A DNA stretch of 64,000 bases from an uncultured Phycisphaerae bacterium (GTDB taxonomy: Bacteria; Planctomycetota; Phycisphaerae; SM23-33). The DNA is taken from the NCBI GenBank assembly GCA_963760365.1, contig CAVXDC010000008.1, forward strand, positions 83,054-147,053, given 5' to 3'. A program made the position numbers and the translations under genes. Below are positions 34,379 to 43,920 of this stretch, piece after piece (positions within the stretch are counted from its first letter, which is position 1; every line of letters starts with the position of its first letter). Under the pieces are notes generated by a model. It worked only from the letters and a program-made list of their open reading frames with translations, was not told the DNA's origin and searched no databases.

Positions 34379-35045
34379 CTACCGTTTGGCGGCCGGCCGG
34401 GTCGGCGGATTCTGCTCCAGGTACGCCGACCAGTCTTCGGCCTTCTCGCCCATGTTCACGTCCGTCATGTCCACCAGGGTCGCGCGGGCCTGCCGACGGA
34501 CATTCAGGTCCGCATCCCCCAAGCCGCCCAGCAGCGTCCGGACGACCTCGGTCGTCGGATAATGCCCCAGCGCGGAGGCAGGCGGCGCGGACGTCGGCGG
34601 ATTCATCCTGCATCGCCCGCCGCCGCAGCGGCTCGATGGCCGATTCGCCCCGGACGCGGTCCAATGCCCCCGCCACGTCGCACCGCACGATCGGGGAAGG
34701 GTCTTCCAGTCCCGCCAGCAGCGGCGGCAGGTAGGCCGCGTCGGCGGTCTTGCCCAGCGCCCGGGCGGCTGCGGCGCGGACGAGGGCGTCCTCGTCGCCG
34801 ATCAGCACCAGCGCGTAAAACTTGGTGTAGGGAGGCCTCAGGCACCGCGGCTTGGAAGATAAAGCCACAATCGCCTCGCGCCGCTTGTCCGCATCGACAT
34901 CGTCCACCCAGGCCAGCTTGTCGGACGGTCCGGCCAGGGTCTTTTTCACAAGGGCATCGAGGCTTCCGCCTTCCCCATCGCATCCGGCGGCCGGCAAAAC
35001 CACCAGGACCCCCAGCACCGCGCCGGTAGCTTGGAGAAGTCTCAT
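34379..35045 (-). pseudogene. HEAT-repeat lipoprotein, frame broken once (about 34580)
   Basis: Lipobox LPAAGC after ATG 35045. HEAT/PBS-lyase-like repeats (VRAAAARALG, IVRCDVAGAL, ADVRAA) continue in ORF 34379..34606 (SALGHYPTTEVVRTLLGGLGDADLNVRRQA). Confidence 0.65.
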
Positions 35046-35131
35046 GGCCGTCACCCACGCGCCGACTCCGCGGCGGTTTTTATCCGTCCCGGCTTTCTCC
35101 ATGCGACGGGTTATTCCCGCCGGGCCTTGGA

Positions 35132-36012
35132 TTACCGAGGCGATTCGTCTTCGGCGAATCGCTTGGGCAATGAAAAATCTCGCAGCTCGTCCGTGCCGAC
35201 CAGCTCGACGTCGCGGACTTGCCGCCCGCCGAACCGCTCGCTGAGCTGCTCGAACCGCTGGGGGTTGTCGGTGGTGAAGCATCGCAACGTCCCGCCGGCC
35301 GGCCGGCGGTTCTCCAGCCCACCCGCGCGGAGGCGGCGCTGCACCTCCCTGGCCACCGACTCTCCCGAGTCCACCAGCGGGACCTGGGGGCCCATGAGCT
35401 TGCCGATCGCCGCCGCCAGCAGCGGATAGTGCGTGCAGCCCAGGATCAGCGCCCCGGCCGGAGGCGCTGAAGCTCACGGAGGTAATCGCTCAGCACGTGC
35501 AGGACGATGGGGTCGGCCGGGTCGCGGCCTTCCTCCACAATCGGCACCAGCAGCGGGCAGGCCTTGGCGATCACGGGGCGGTTGGGGTCCAGGGCGTGGA
35601 TGGCCCGCTCGTAGGCGCCCGAGGCCACGGTCGCCTCGGTGCCGATGACGCCGATCGCCCCGTCGGTGCGTTGCAATGCGGCTGCGGCGCTGGGGCGGAT
35701 CACGTCCACCACGTCCATCGGGCAGAACGCCTCCAGGGCCTCCATCGCCGCCGCCGAGGCCGTGTTGCAGGCCACGACGATCAGCTTGGGGTTGAATCGC
35801 AGCAGAAACGCTGCGTCCTCCAACGCGTACTGCCGCACGGTCGCCAGCGAACGGATGCCGTAGGGCACGCGGGCCGTGTCGCCCAGGTACACGATGGTCT
35901 CCCCCGGCATCACGGCCATCAACTGCCGCACGACCGTCAAGCCCCCCAACCCCGAATCGAACACGCCGATCGGGGCTTGACTGATCTCGCCACTCCCTTG
36001 GCCGCGGGTCAT
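35132..36012 (-). pseudogene. murI: Glutamate racemase MurI, frame broken once at a 4-base C run (plus strand 35452-35455)
   Basis: The N-terminal 180 aa ([20 protein letters not shown]) are in ORF 35446..36012. [11 protein letters not shown]... continues in the frame of ORF 35132..35395. One extra G in the coding-strand G run restores a single frame. Confidence 0.85.
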
Positions 36013-36146
36013 GCCGCAAGACTAATCCTCCTGGCCATCGGAAGCAAGCGGTTGACGGTCTCGTTGGAGGATCGCGAAATCTCTTTTCTTTCATTTTCCC
36101 AGCAAGGGCAGCTCAAACTCTTGCCTTCCGGCAGGGGTTGCCTAAG

Positions 36147-37316
36147 ATGGTCAGACCCTGGAACCTTTTCGACAGTAAAAACACCATGATCCGGCGGGCG
36201 ACGGACAACAGCGAGCGGCGGCTCAAGGCGTTGGTGCGACGGCACGGCACGCCGCTGGTGGCCATCAGCCGCTGCGGGCTGCTGCGGCAACTGGAGCGCT
36301 TCCGCAAGGCCCTGCCGCGCGTGGTGCCTTTCTACGCCATCAAGGCCAACCCGCACGCGGAGGTCCTCAAGACGCTGGTCTCGGCGGGGGCGAACTTCGA
36401 CGTGGCCTCCGCCGCCGAGATGCGAGGCGGTGCTGGCGGCCGGGGCCAAGCCCGGCCGCTCATCTTCGCCAACACCATCAAGCCCGTCGAAGCGATCGTC
36501 GAGGCACGGAGGCTGGGCGTGGACTTGATGACCTTCGACAGCGAGTACGAGCTGGACAAGATCGCCGAGCACGCCCCCGGCAGCCGGGTGATCGTGCGGA
36601 TCAAGGTGCCCAACGTCGGCTCGATCGTGGAGCTGAGCCTGAAGTTCGGCGCCGAGCCGGCCGACGCCATGGGGCTGCTGATCAAGGCCCACAAGCTGGG
36701 CCTGAAGCCCGTGGGCGTGAGCTTCCACGTCGGCAGCCAGTGCACGCGGGTGGAGAACTACATCCAGGCGCTGGAGATGGCCGCCATCATCGTCCGCGAC
36801 GCGCGGCTGAAGCAGCTGCCGCTGGAGATCGTGGACATCGGCGGAGGGTTTCCCATCCGCCACTTCGACGGCGAGGAGGACGCGCTTCGACGCCGCGGCT
36901 GCGATGATCGCCCAGGAGATCGACCGCCTGTTCGACGCCGAACGTCCAGCTCATCGCCGAGCCGGGGCGGTTCCTGGTGGGCCCGGCGGCCACGCTGATC
37001 ATGCGGGTCATCGGCAAGGCCATCCGCGAGAACAAGCACTGGTACTACCTGGACGACGGCGTGTACGGGGCGCTGAGCGGGCAGATCTTCGACCACGCCA
37101 AGTACCAGTTCAAGGTCACCCGCAAGGGCCGGCGGCAGCTCTCCACGCTGGCCGGCCCCACCTGCGACAGCCTGGACATCATCGCCCGCGGCGAGGACCT
37201 GCCGGAGCTGGAGCTCGGCGACATGGTGTACGTCGAGAACATCGGGGCCTACAGCGTCGCCACGCGCCACGCACTTCAACGGCCTGCCGCCGGCCAAGGT
37301 CGTGATGGTCCCGTGA
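36147..37316 (+). pseudogene. Group IV PLP-dependent decarboxylase (ornithine/arginine/DAP decarboxylase family), about 5 frame disruptions
   Basis: FYAIKAN, FDVAS, HVGSQ, DIGGGF and EPGR motifs. A compensating +1/-1 pair lies at 36426 and about 36458. Further shifts are at 36885, 36940 and 37265. The restored C-terminus FNGLPPAKVVMVP ends at TGA 37314-37316. Confidence 0.8.
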
Positions 37317-37347
37317 ACATCCCCGCGGTACAGAGGAAGGGTATCTC

Positions 37348-38513
37348 ATGAAACGGCAAGGCAGACTGCGGACCGATCTGACGGAGACGCCCGACTGGCT
37401 GCGGAAGAAGAAGTGCCCGCACAAGGACAAGTATCTTTCGGGCCGGCGGATCCTCCCGAAGGGCATCACGGGCAAGGAGAAGCTCACCGACCTGATGGAC
37501 GAGACGTTCCTGGCCTACAACGCCGCCCGGCTGCGCGAGGGCTGCGAGCTGTTCACGCAGAAGATGCTCGAGCCCGACGTGACGGTGGGCATGAGCCTGG
37601 CCGGGGCGCTGACGCCCGCGGGGCTGGGCTGCTCGTGCATCGTCCCGCTGATCAAGGCGGGGTTCGTGGACTGGATCGTCGCCACCGGCGCGAACCTGTA
37701 CCACGACCTGCACTTCGCCTTCAACTTCCCCCTGCACGTCGGCAGCCACCTGGTGGACGACGCCGACCTGCGCCGCAACGACGTGGTCCGCATCTACGAC
37801 GTGCTGCTGGGCTACACCGACTGCCTGATGGCCACCGACGAGATCCTGCGGGGCATCCTGGTGCAGCCGGAGTTCCAGAAGGAGATGGGCACGGCCGAGC
37901 TGCACTACCTGCTGGGCAAGTACGCCGACCGAGTGCGAGCGCAAGAGCGGGCCGCAAGGACGTCTCGGTGCTGGCGGCGGCCTACCGCTGCGGCGTGCCG
38001 GTGTACACCTCCAGCCCCGGCGACTCGACCATCGGCATGAACGTCGCCGGCGTGGAGCTGCGCGGCAACAAGCTGCGGATCAACCCCTCCATCGACGTCA
38101 ACGAGACCACCAGCTTCGTCCTGGCCGCCAAGCGCAGCGGCGGCAAGAGCGCCGTCGTGCTCATGGGCGGCGGCAGCCCCAAGAACTTCATGCTCCAGAC
38201 CGAGCCGCAGATCCAGGAAGTGCTGCGGATCAAGGAGGTCGGCCAGGACTACTTCTTCCAGGTGACCGACGCCCGCCCGGACACCGGCGGCCTGTCCGGC
38301 GCCACGCCGCACGAGGCGGTCAGCTGGGGCAAGGTCGATCCCAACCGCCTGCCCGACGCCGTCGTCTGCTACACCGACACCACCATCGCCCTGCCGATCC
38401 TGACGCACTACGCCCTGGCCACGCACCGGCGGCGCCGACTTCGCCGCCTTTACTCCAAGCGTGCGGAACTCATGGAGGCGCTGGTCCGCGAATACTTCGC
38501 CCACAATAAGTAG
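37348..38513 (+). pseudogene. Deoxyhypusine synthase-like protein (homospermidine-synthase-like family), two frame disruptions (37930, 37952)
   Basis: [12 protein letters not shown]...ATGANLYHD is in ORF 37348..38040. SSPGDSTIG...GGGSPKNF...PHEAVSWGK is in ORF 37413..38513. The 7 codons between the two extra C bases read ECERKSG. Confidence 0.8.
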
Positions 38514-38523
38514 TCCGCGCCCG

Positions 38524-40392
38524 TCACAACCCCGCAGGGCTGCTGGCGGGAGCGGACTCAAAGGCAGGGGCAGAAGCCGAGGTCGCGGCCGGGCCCGACG
38601 TCGCTGTGCCCTTTGAGGTTGCGGCGGCTTTGCCGGGCACGTGGGCGACCAGGAATAGCCTGTTTGTGGGAAACGGCCACAGCGGTCGCCGCTCGGCGAG
38701 AATCTCCAACTTCAAGTCACCGTGGGCCGCACGCAGGGCATCCAGCCGGTCCTGACCCGAGATTAAAAACCAGACCGACTCCCGCCAGGAGAGCTGATAG
38801 GCAATTTTCCAAAGCTCATCTGCCGACCCGCCCCGGAACCTCGGAGCCTGGTCGAAACCCGCGTAATACATCAGGGAGTAATACCGGCTGGGATAGAAAC
38901 ACAGCTCGGCGGGTCTGCCGCGGCGGTCCTCGCCCTCCCTGGCCAGCGACCTGGTGGACATGCGATCGTACCCGGCCGGTGCGACCCAGCCGATCATCGC
39001 AAGGAAGTTGACGACGACGGCCAGAGCGCCCAGAGAAATGGTCCATCCCTTGCGATGGCCCCGGCAGGCCCATCGCATCCCCCCTACCGCTGCGACGGTC
39101 AAGACCACCGGCAACACCAGCCACCACCCCACCACACCCAGCACAATCGCCAGACCCAAGGCCAGCACCGGCAGCATCACAATCACGACCCGCAAGGCCG
39201 TCACACCGCTCTCCATCAACTTGTCCCGGCCTGGAGTGGCAATCCACTGAACGATCAAGGCCCCCGTCAGCACCGCCAGCGGTGGATAGCACGGCAGAAC
39301 GTAGTCAATCAGCTTCGTCCGCCCCATCGAGAAGAATACCAGCGGCACCAGCGCCACCAGCAGCATCAGGAGCACCGCCGGCCGATCGGTCCTCTGGCGC
39401 CAGCGACGAGGGAAAAAGCGGATGAACACCCCCGGCAGATAGACCGTCCACGGCAGGAACCCCACCAGAAGGAAAACCAGATAGATCACCGCCGGCAGGT
39501 TGTGGCCGAATCGGGTGCCGGTATAGCGCTCGATGTTCTGGCCGACGAAGAACTCATGGGCGTAGTGGGGATCGTAAAGGCTCACGATGACGTACCAGGG
39601 CGCCGCGATCAGAAGATACAGACCCAACCCCCGAAAACTCAGCAGTTCCAGCACGCGTCTCGGCCTGCCGGACAGGAGCAAATACGCAGCCACGATCAGC
39701 ACGGGCAAGACCAACCCGGCCGGGCCTTTCATCAACGTCGCGACGGCGCAGAAGGCATAGAAGCCAAGGTAGGTCCTCCGCACGTCCTGGCTGGACGGCT
39801 CGCCGCAGCACCGCCAGAAGCACCATAGGGCCGCCCACATCGCGGCGACGAAGGGCATGTCCATGCGATACCAGCGGGCCAGAAAGAGGAACTCCCCGCT
39901 GGTCGCCAGGATCACTCCCGCCAGCAGTCCCGCCGTTGGGCCGAACATCCGCCGTCCCATCAGGTAAGTCAACCCCACCGCGGCCAGGCCCGCCAAGGCC
40001 GCCACGCCCCGGCCGCCCAGCTCTCCGCTGCCGGTTGCGACCTGTCCTGCGGCCGCCAGCCAGAAGAAAGGAGCCGGCTTGTCGTAGTAGGGTTCCCCAT
40101 CCAGCTGCGGGAGGATCCAATGCCCGCCGACTAACATGCTCCGCGTGATCAGGGCGTAGCGGGCCTCCTCCGGGTCGGTCAGGACCAACGAACCGGAGCG
40201 GAACAAAAACAGCGCCGCGCCGAGGGCTGCCAGGATCAGCAGGTGCAGCGCCGCCAGCGCCTTGCCGCCCTTGGGCCGGCTTGGACCGCCGACGGCGGCG
40301 TCGCCTGCGGACCGTCCGACGGCGCCTTCGGATTCCGTGTTCTCGTTATGACTCACGCATCCATTCCTTGGCAAAGGGCAGGCGGCCACCAC
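38524..40392 (-). CDS. GT39/ArnT-PMT-like membrane glycosyltransferase
   Basis: Intact 622-aa ORF. DPEEARYALITRSML..G.W..P...G.PYYDKPP pattern and at least 10 hydrophobic helices. GTG start assumed. Confidence 0.75.
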   Translation of the reverse strand: MVAACPLPRNGCVSHNENTESEGAVGRSAGDAAVGGPSRPKGGKALAALHLLILAALGAALFLFRSGSLVLTDPEEARYALITRSMLVGGHWILPQLDGEPYYDKPAPFFWLAAAGQVATGSGELGGRGVAALAGLAAVGLTYLMGRRMFGPTAGLLAGVILATSGEFLFLARWYRMDMPFVAAMWAALWCFWRCCGEPSSQDVRRTYLGFYAFCAVATLMKGPAGLVLPVLIVAAYLLLSGRPRRVLELLSFRGLGLYLLIAAPWYVIVSLYDPHYAHEFFVGQNIERYTGTRFGHNLPAVIYLVFLLVGFLPWTVYLPGVFIRFFPRRWRQRTDRPAVLLMLLVALVPLVFFSMGRTKLIDYVLPCYPPLAVLTGALIVQWIATPGRDKLMESGVTALRVVIVMLPVLALGLAIVLGVVGWWLVLPVVLTVAAVGGMRWACRGHRKGWTISLGALAVVVNFLAMIGWVAPAGYDRMSTRSLAREGEDRRGRPAELCFYPSRYYSLMYYAGFDQAPRFRGGSADELWKIAYQLSWRESVWFLISGQDRLDALRAAHGDLKLEILAERRPLWPFPTNRLFLVAHVPGKAAATSKGTATSGPAATSASAPAFESAPASSPAGL

Positions 40393-40516
40393 CCATGCGC
40401 ATTAGAAAGCAACATCATATGCCTGACCGATGCTTCAGTCACCGCTATTCCCAGCCCTCGGCCCAGGCCGTGCTAATCCCTTGGCAAGCCCCGCGACCGC
40501 CGGTACTATACCGACC

Positions 40517-41445
40517 GTGGCGCAGAGCCCAACCACGATCGCGGTGTTGATCCCCTGCCACAACGAAGAGGCCACCGTCGGCAAGGTGATCGACGACTTC
40601 CGCGCCAACTGCCCCAGGCGGTCCTGTACGTCTTCGACAACAACTCCACCGACCGCACCGCCGAGATCGCCCGCACCCGCGGGGCGACGGTGATCCGCGA
40701 GCCGCGCCAGGGCAAGGGGTTCGTCGTCGAGTCCATGCTCGAGAAGGTCCAGGCCGACTTCTACGTCATGGCCGACGGGGACGACACCTACCCGGCCGAG
40801 GAGGTCGGTCGTCTGCTGGAGCCGGTGACCGGCGGCTCGGCCGACATGGCCGTGGGCGCCCGACAGGCCCCAGCAACCCAGGAGGCCTTCCGCCCGCTGC
40901 ACGTGATGGGCAACCGCCTGGTCTGCCGGTTGATCAACCGCGTGTTCCACGCCCACTTGACCGACATCCTGTCGGGCTACCGCGCCTTCAATCGCCACTT
41001 CGCCCGCACGGTGCCCGTGGTGTCGTCGGGGTTTGAAATCGAGACGGAGCTGACCGTCCAGGCGCTGTACCATCGTCTGAGCGTCGTGGAGGTGCCCGTG
41101 TCGTACCGCTCCCGCCCGGCCGGCAGCCGGAGCAAGCTGCGGACCTTCCACGATGGCGCGCGGGTGCTGTGGAAGCTCTTCAGCCTGTTCCGGGCCTTGA
41201 AACCCTTGACGTTCTTCGGCGGGATCGCCCTGGTCCTGCTGGCGGCGGGCATCCTGGCCGGCATCCCGCCGGTGACGGATTACTTCACCGCGCCGGGCCA
41301 CTACGTCCGCCACGTGCCGCTGGCCATCCTGGCCACGGGGCTGGTGCTGCTATCGGCCTCCTTCGGCCTGCTGGGCCTGATGCTGCACGCCGTCAACTGG
41401 CGCTTCAAGGAACTCCACAGCGTCCTGACGCGCGGGAAGGACTAA
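40517..41445 (+). pseudogene. GT2 glycosyltransferase (polyprenyl-phosphate sugar synthase type, C-terminal TM helices), one missing base about 40608
   Basis: IAVLIPCHNEEATVGKVIDDF is in ORF 40430..40693. VLYVFDNNSTDRTAEIARTRGATVIREPRQGKG...DGDDTYP is in ORF 40690..41445. It is divergent from the GT39 gene. The start (GTG 40517 or ATG 40430) is uncertain. Confidence 0.75.
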
Positions 41446-41507
41446 ACCGGCCCCGGGCGTCGGGATAGAATGGTTGGCGCCGCCAGGAAGGCCCCAAAGG
41501 CGAATCC

Positions 41508-43004
41508 ATGACCGCAACCGCCGCCCAAGTCCTGCCCGTCGTGGGCCTGGAGATTCACGTGGAGCTGGCCACGGCGACCAAGATGTTCTGCCGCTGCCGC
41601 AACCGCTTCGGCGATCCGCCCAACACGAACGTCTGCCCCGTGTGCATCGGCATGCCCGGCGTGCTGCCGGTGATGAACCGCCGGGCCGTGGAACTGGCGA
41701 TGAAGGTGGGACTGGCCCTCAACTGCACGGTGAGCGAGTTCACCAAGTGGGACCGCAAGGGCTACTACTACCCCGACCTGCCCAAGAACTACCAGATCAG
41801 CCAGTACGACCTTCCGCTGAGCGTCAACGGATACCTGGAAGTGCCGCTGGCGGATGGGTCGGTTAAGAAGGTCCGCATCCTCCGGGCCCACCTGGAGGAG
41901 GACGCCGGCAAGAACATCCACGACCACCCGCGCCACACCGGCGTGGACCTCAACCGCGCGGGCGTGCCGCTGCTGGAGATCGTCTCGGAGCCGGACATGA
42001 ACTCGGTGGAGGAGGTCATGGCCTACGCCCGGGCCATGCAGCGGCTGGTCCGCTGGCTGGGCGCCAGCGAAGCCAACATGCAGATGGGGCACATGCGCTT
42101 CGAGCCCAACATCAACCTGCACATCACCACCGACGGCCGGACGGTCAAGACGCCCATCGTGGAGGTTAAAAACCTCAACAGCTTCCGCGCCCTGGAGCGG
42201 ACGGTGGCCTACGAGATCCAGCGCCAACTGGCCGCCTGGCGACAGGACCCCGACGGCTTCACGATGGAGAAGCTGGGCAAGCAGAACCGCGGCTACGACG
42301 ACGAGCGCGAGGCGACCGTCTTTCAGCGCGAGAAGGAGGAGGCCCACGATTACCGCTACTTCCCCGAGCCGGACCTCGTGCCGCTAAAAGTAGACGACGC
42401 TTGGCGGCAAGCGACGGCTTCGACGATTGGCGAGCTGCCGTTGGCTCGGCGGGCCCGCTACATGAGCGCGTACGGCCTGACGTTCAAGGAGGCCGACGCC
42501 CTCACCCAGGACCCGGAGACGGGGGATTTCTTTGACGCTGCTGTTAAGTTCAGTAAGGCGCGAAAACGATGTGCTAATCTACTCCTAGGACAGTGGTCGG
42601 CAATCGCCAACAAACAGAATTGCAGCATCGCTGAAGCATTGACAGATGCACGTGTGGGTCCAGAACAGTTAGGCAGTCTGGCCAAGATGATGGAAATGGG
42701 ATCGTTAACCTCAACGGCTGTGTCTGCCATTAGTATCCATATGGCTACATCCAAGACAGGAGAAGATCCCAGTAGCCTCGCGGACGTGATGGAACTTATT
42801 GCTGTAACAGATGAGTCGAAGATCGAGCAATGGATCGACTCGGCCATCGCCGCCAACCCCCAAGCCGTCGCCGACGTCAAGGAAGGCGGCAAGAAGCAAC
42901 AAAAGGCCTTCGGCTTCCTGACAGGCCAGGTGATGCAGCTTTCCCGCGGCGCCGCCGCCCCGGCCGAGGTCCAACGCCTCCTCCGGCAAAAACTGGGCGG
43001 GTGA
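41508..43004 (+). CDS. gatB: Asp/Glu-tRNA(Asn/Gln) amidotransferase subunit B
   Basis: Intact 498 aa. GLEIHVEL.T.TKMFC, C.VC.G.PG.LPV and the C-terminal YqeY-like domain (GFLTGQVMQLSRGAA.P). Confidence 0.95.
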   Translation: MTATAAQVLPVVGLEIHVELATATKMFCRCRNRFGDPPNTNVCPVCIGMPGVLPVMNRRAVELAMKVGLALNCTVSEFTKWDRKGYYYPDLPKNYQISQYDLPLSVNGYLEVPLADGSVKKVRILRAHLEEDAGKNIHDHPRHTGVDLNRAGVPLLEIVSEPDMNSVEEVMAYARAMQRLVRWLGASEANMQMGHMRFEPNINLHITTDGRTVKTPIVEVKNLNSFRALERTVAYEIQRQLAAWRQDPDGFTMEKLGKQNRGYDDEREATVFQREKEEAHDYRYFPEPDLVPLKVDDAWRQATASTIGELPLARRARYMSAYGLTFKEADALTQDPETGDFFDAAVKFSKARKRCANLLLGQWSAIANKQNCSIAEALTDARVGPEQLGSLAKMMEMGSLTSTAVSAISIHMATSKTGEDPSSLADVMELIAVTDESKIEQWIDSAIAANPQAVADVKEGGKKQQKAFGFLTGQVMQLSRGAAAPAEVQRLLRQKLGG

Positions 43005-43026
43005 ATCGCGCCGCTGAAGTCGGTCC

Positions 43027-43069
43027 AAAACAAAGCCCCCGCCGGTTTCTTGCCAGAGGGGGTTTTATT
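43027..43069. terminator. Candidate bidirectional terminator between convergent gatB and tRNA-Gln
   Basis: CCCCC (43036-43040) pairs with GGGGG (43058-43062) around a 17-nt loop. It is flanked by an A-rich run upstream and TTTTATT downstream. The stem is short, hence modest confidence. Confidence 0.4.
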
Positions 43070-43078
43070 CAACGGCAA

Positions 43079-43149
43079 CTGGGGAACTAGGATTCGAACC
43101 TAGACTAACTGATCCAGAGTCAGTTGTGCTACCGTTACACTATTCCCCA
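43079..43149 (-). tRNA. tRNA-Gln (anticodon CUG)
   Basis: Manual cloverleaf fold. 7-bp acceptor stem is TGGGGAA/TTCCCCA and the D arm is GTGT-AACGGTA-GCAC. Anticodon stem ACTGA/TCAGT carries loop CTCTGGA. T arm is CTAGG-TTCGAAT-CCTAG. Discriminator is G and CCA is not encoded. Confidence 0.9.
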
Positions 43150-43333
43150 GGGCCAGGCGAATCTGGCGTCCCGCATCGGGACGTTGCACAACCGCTCGAA
43201 AATTAGTCTAGGGACCGGCAGGAAGAAGTCAAGGTAGAGACTGTCCGCGGTGGAAACACGAGGGGTTGGTAGAAAAGGGTCGCGAGGCCGAGCGGTCGGC
43301 CAGAGGGGGGCCTGAAGGCTCGGGGCCGCTCCG

Positions 43334-43687
43334 TCAGGCGGCCAGGGCGACGGGGGCGGGTACGGCGCACCAGGCGGTTGCGGGCGTGCGGTCGAATTCC
43401 AGTCCGACGTGATAGGCCTCGTCGTCCAGGCGCGAGCGCACCACCGAGGCGTAGATGTTTCTCCGCCCGTTCCCCTCGCTCTGCGGCAGGCACAGGACGA
43501 TGCGCTGTCCGGGATAGAAAGGCCGCTGGCAGATCGCGCCCATGCCGCTGCGGGAGATGTCGACCATGTGGAGGGTGTCCTCCACATCGCCGCCGTCGGG
43601 ATCCAGACGGACGCATCGCAGCGACATTCGGAGCGCCGTCCGCGGATGCCGCCTTCGCTCTGCAGAAATGGTTGAGGGCTGGTTCAT
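43334..43687 (-). CDS. PilZ-domain protein (c-di-GMP receptor family)
   Basis: 117 aa from ATG 43687. The RRxxxR motif (ERRRHPR) and DxSxxG motif (DISRSGMG) are present. Confidence 0.7.
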   Translation of the reverse strand: MNQPSTISAERRRHPRTALRMSLRCVRLDPDGGDVEDTLHMVDISRSGMGAICQRPFYPGQRIVLCLPQSEGNGRRNIYASVVRSRLDDEAYHVGLEFDRTPATAWCAVPAPVALAA

Positions 43688-43920
43688 ATCCGTGCTCCTA
43701 CACACGTGCGTGTCCGAGGGGCACATCGGCCTGGATCGACGGTACCTTAAATAAGGAATATTTCCTTTTTGCGGCCCCCACCGACCTCTCCGGATACCGG
43801 GATTTGTCCGCCTCAGCTTGTGACGGAAGCGGCGGATGAGCACTGACCCCTCTGTGCGAAGGGGCTTCTGGTTGCGGCGCCTTGAACCTGTTACCATCTC
43901 CGTCGTGTCAGGAGCCCGCG

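Noticed and set aside
43150-43333. Promoter or regulatory hairpin (gtcccg-cat-cgggac at about 43167-43181) upstream of tRNA-Gln.
   Set aside because: No convincing -35/-10 pair is found at a sensible distance from the tRNA 5' end. A 6-bp hairpin in GC-rich DNA is not informative on its own.
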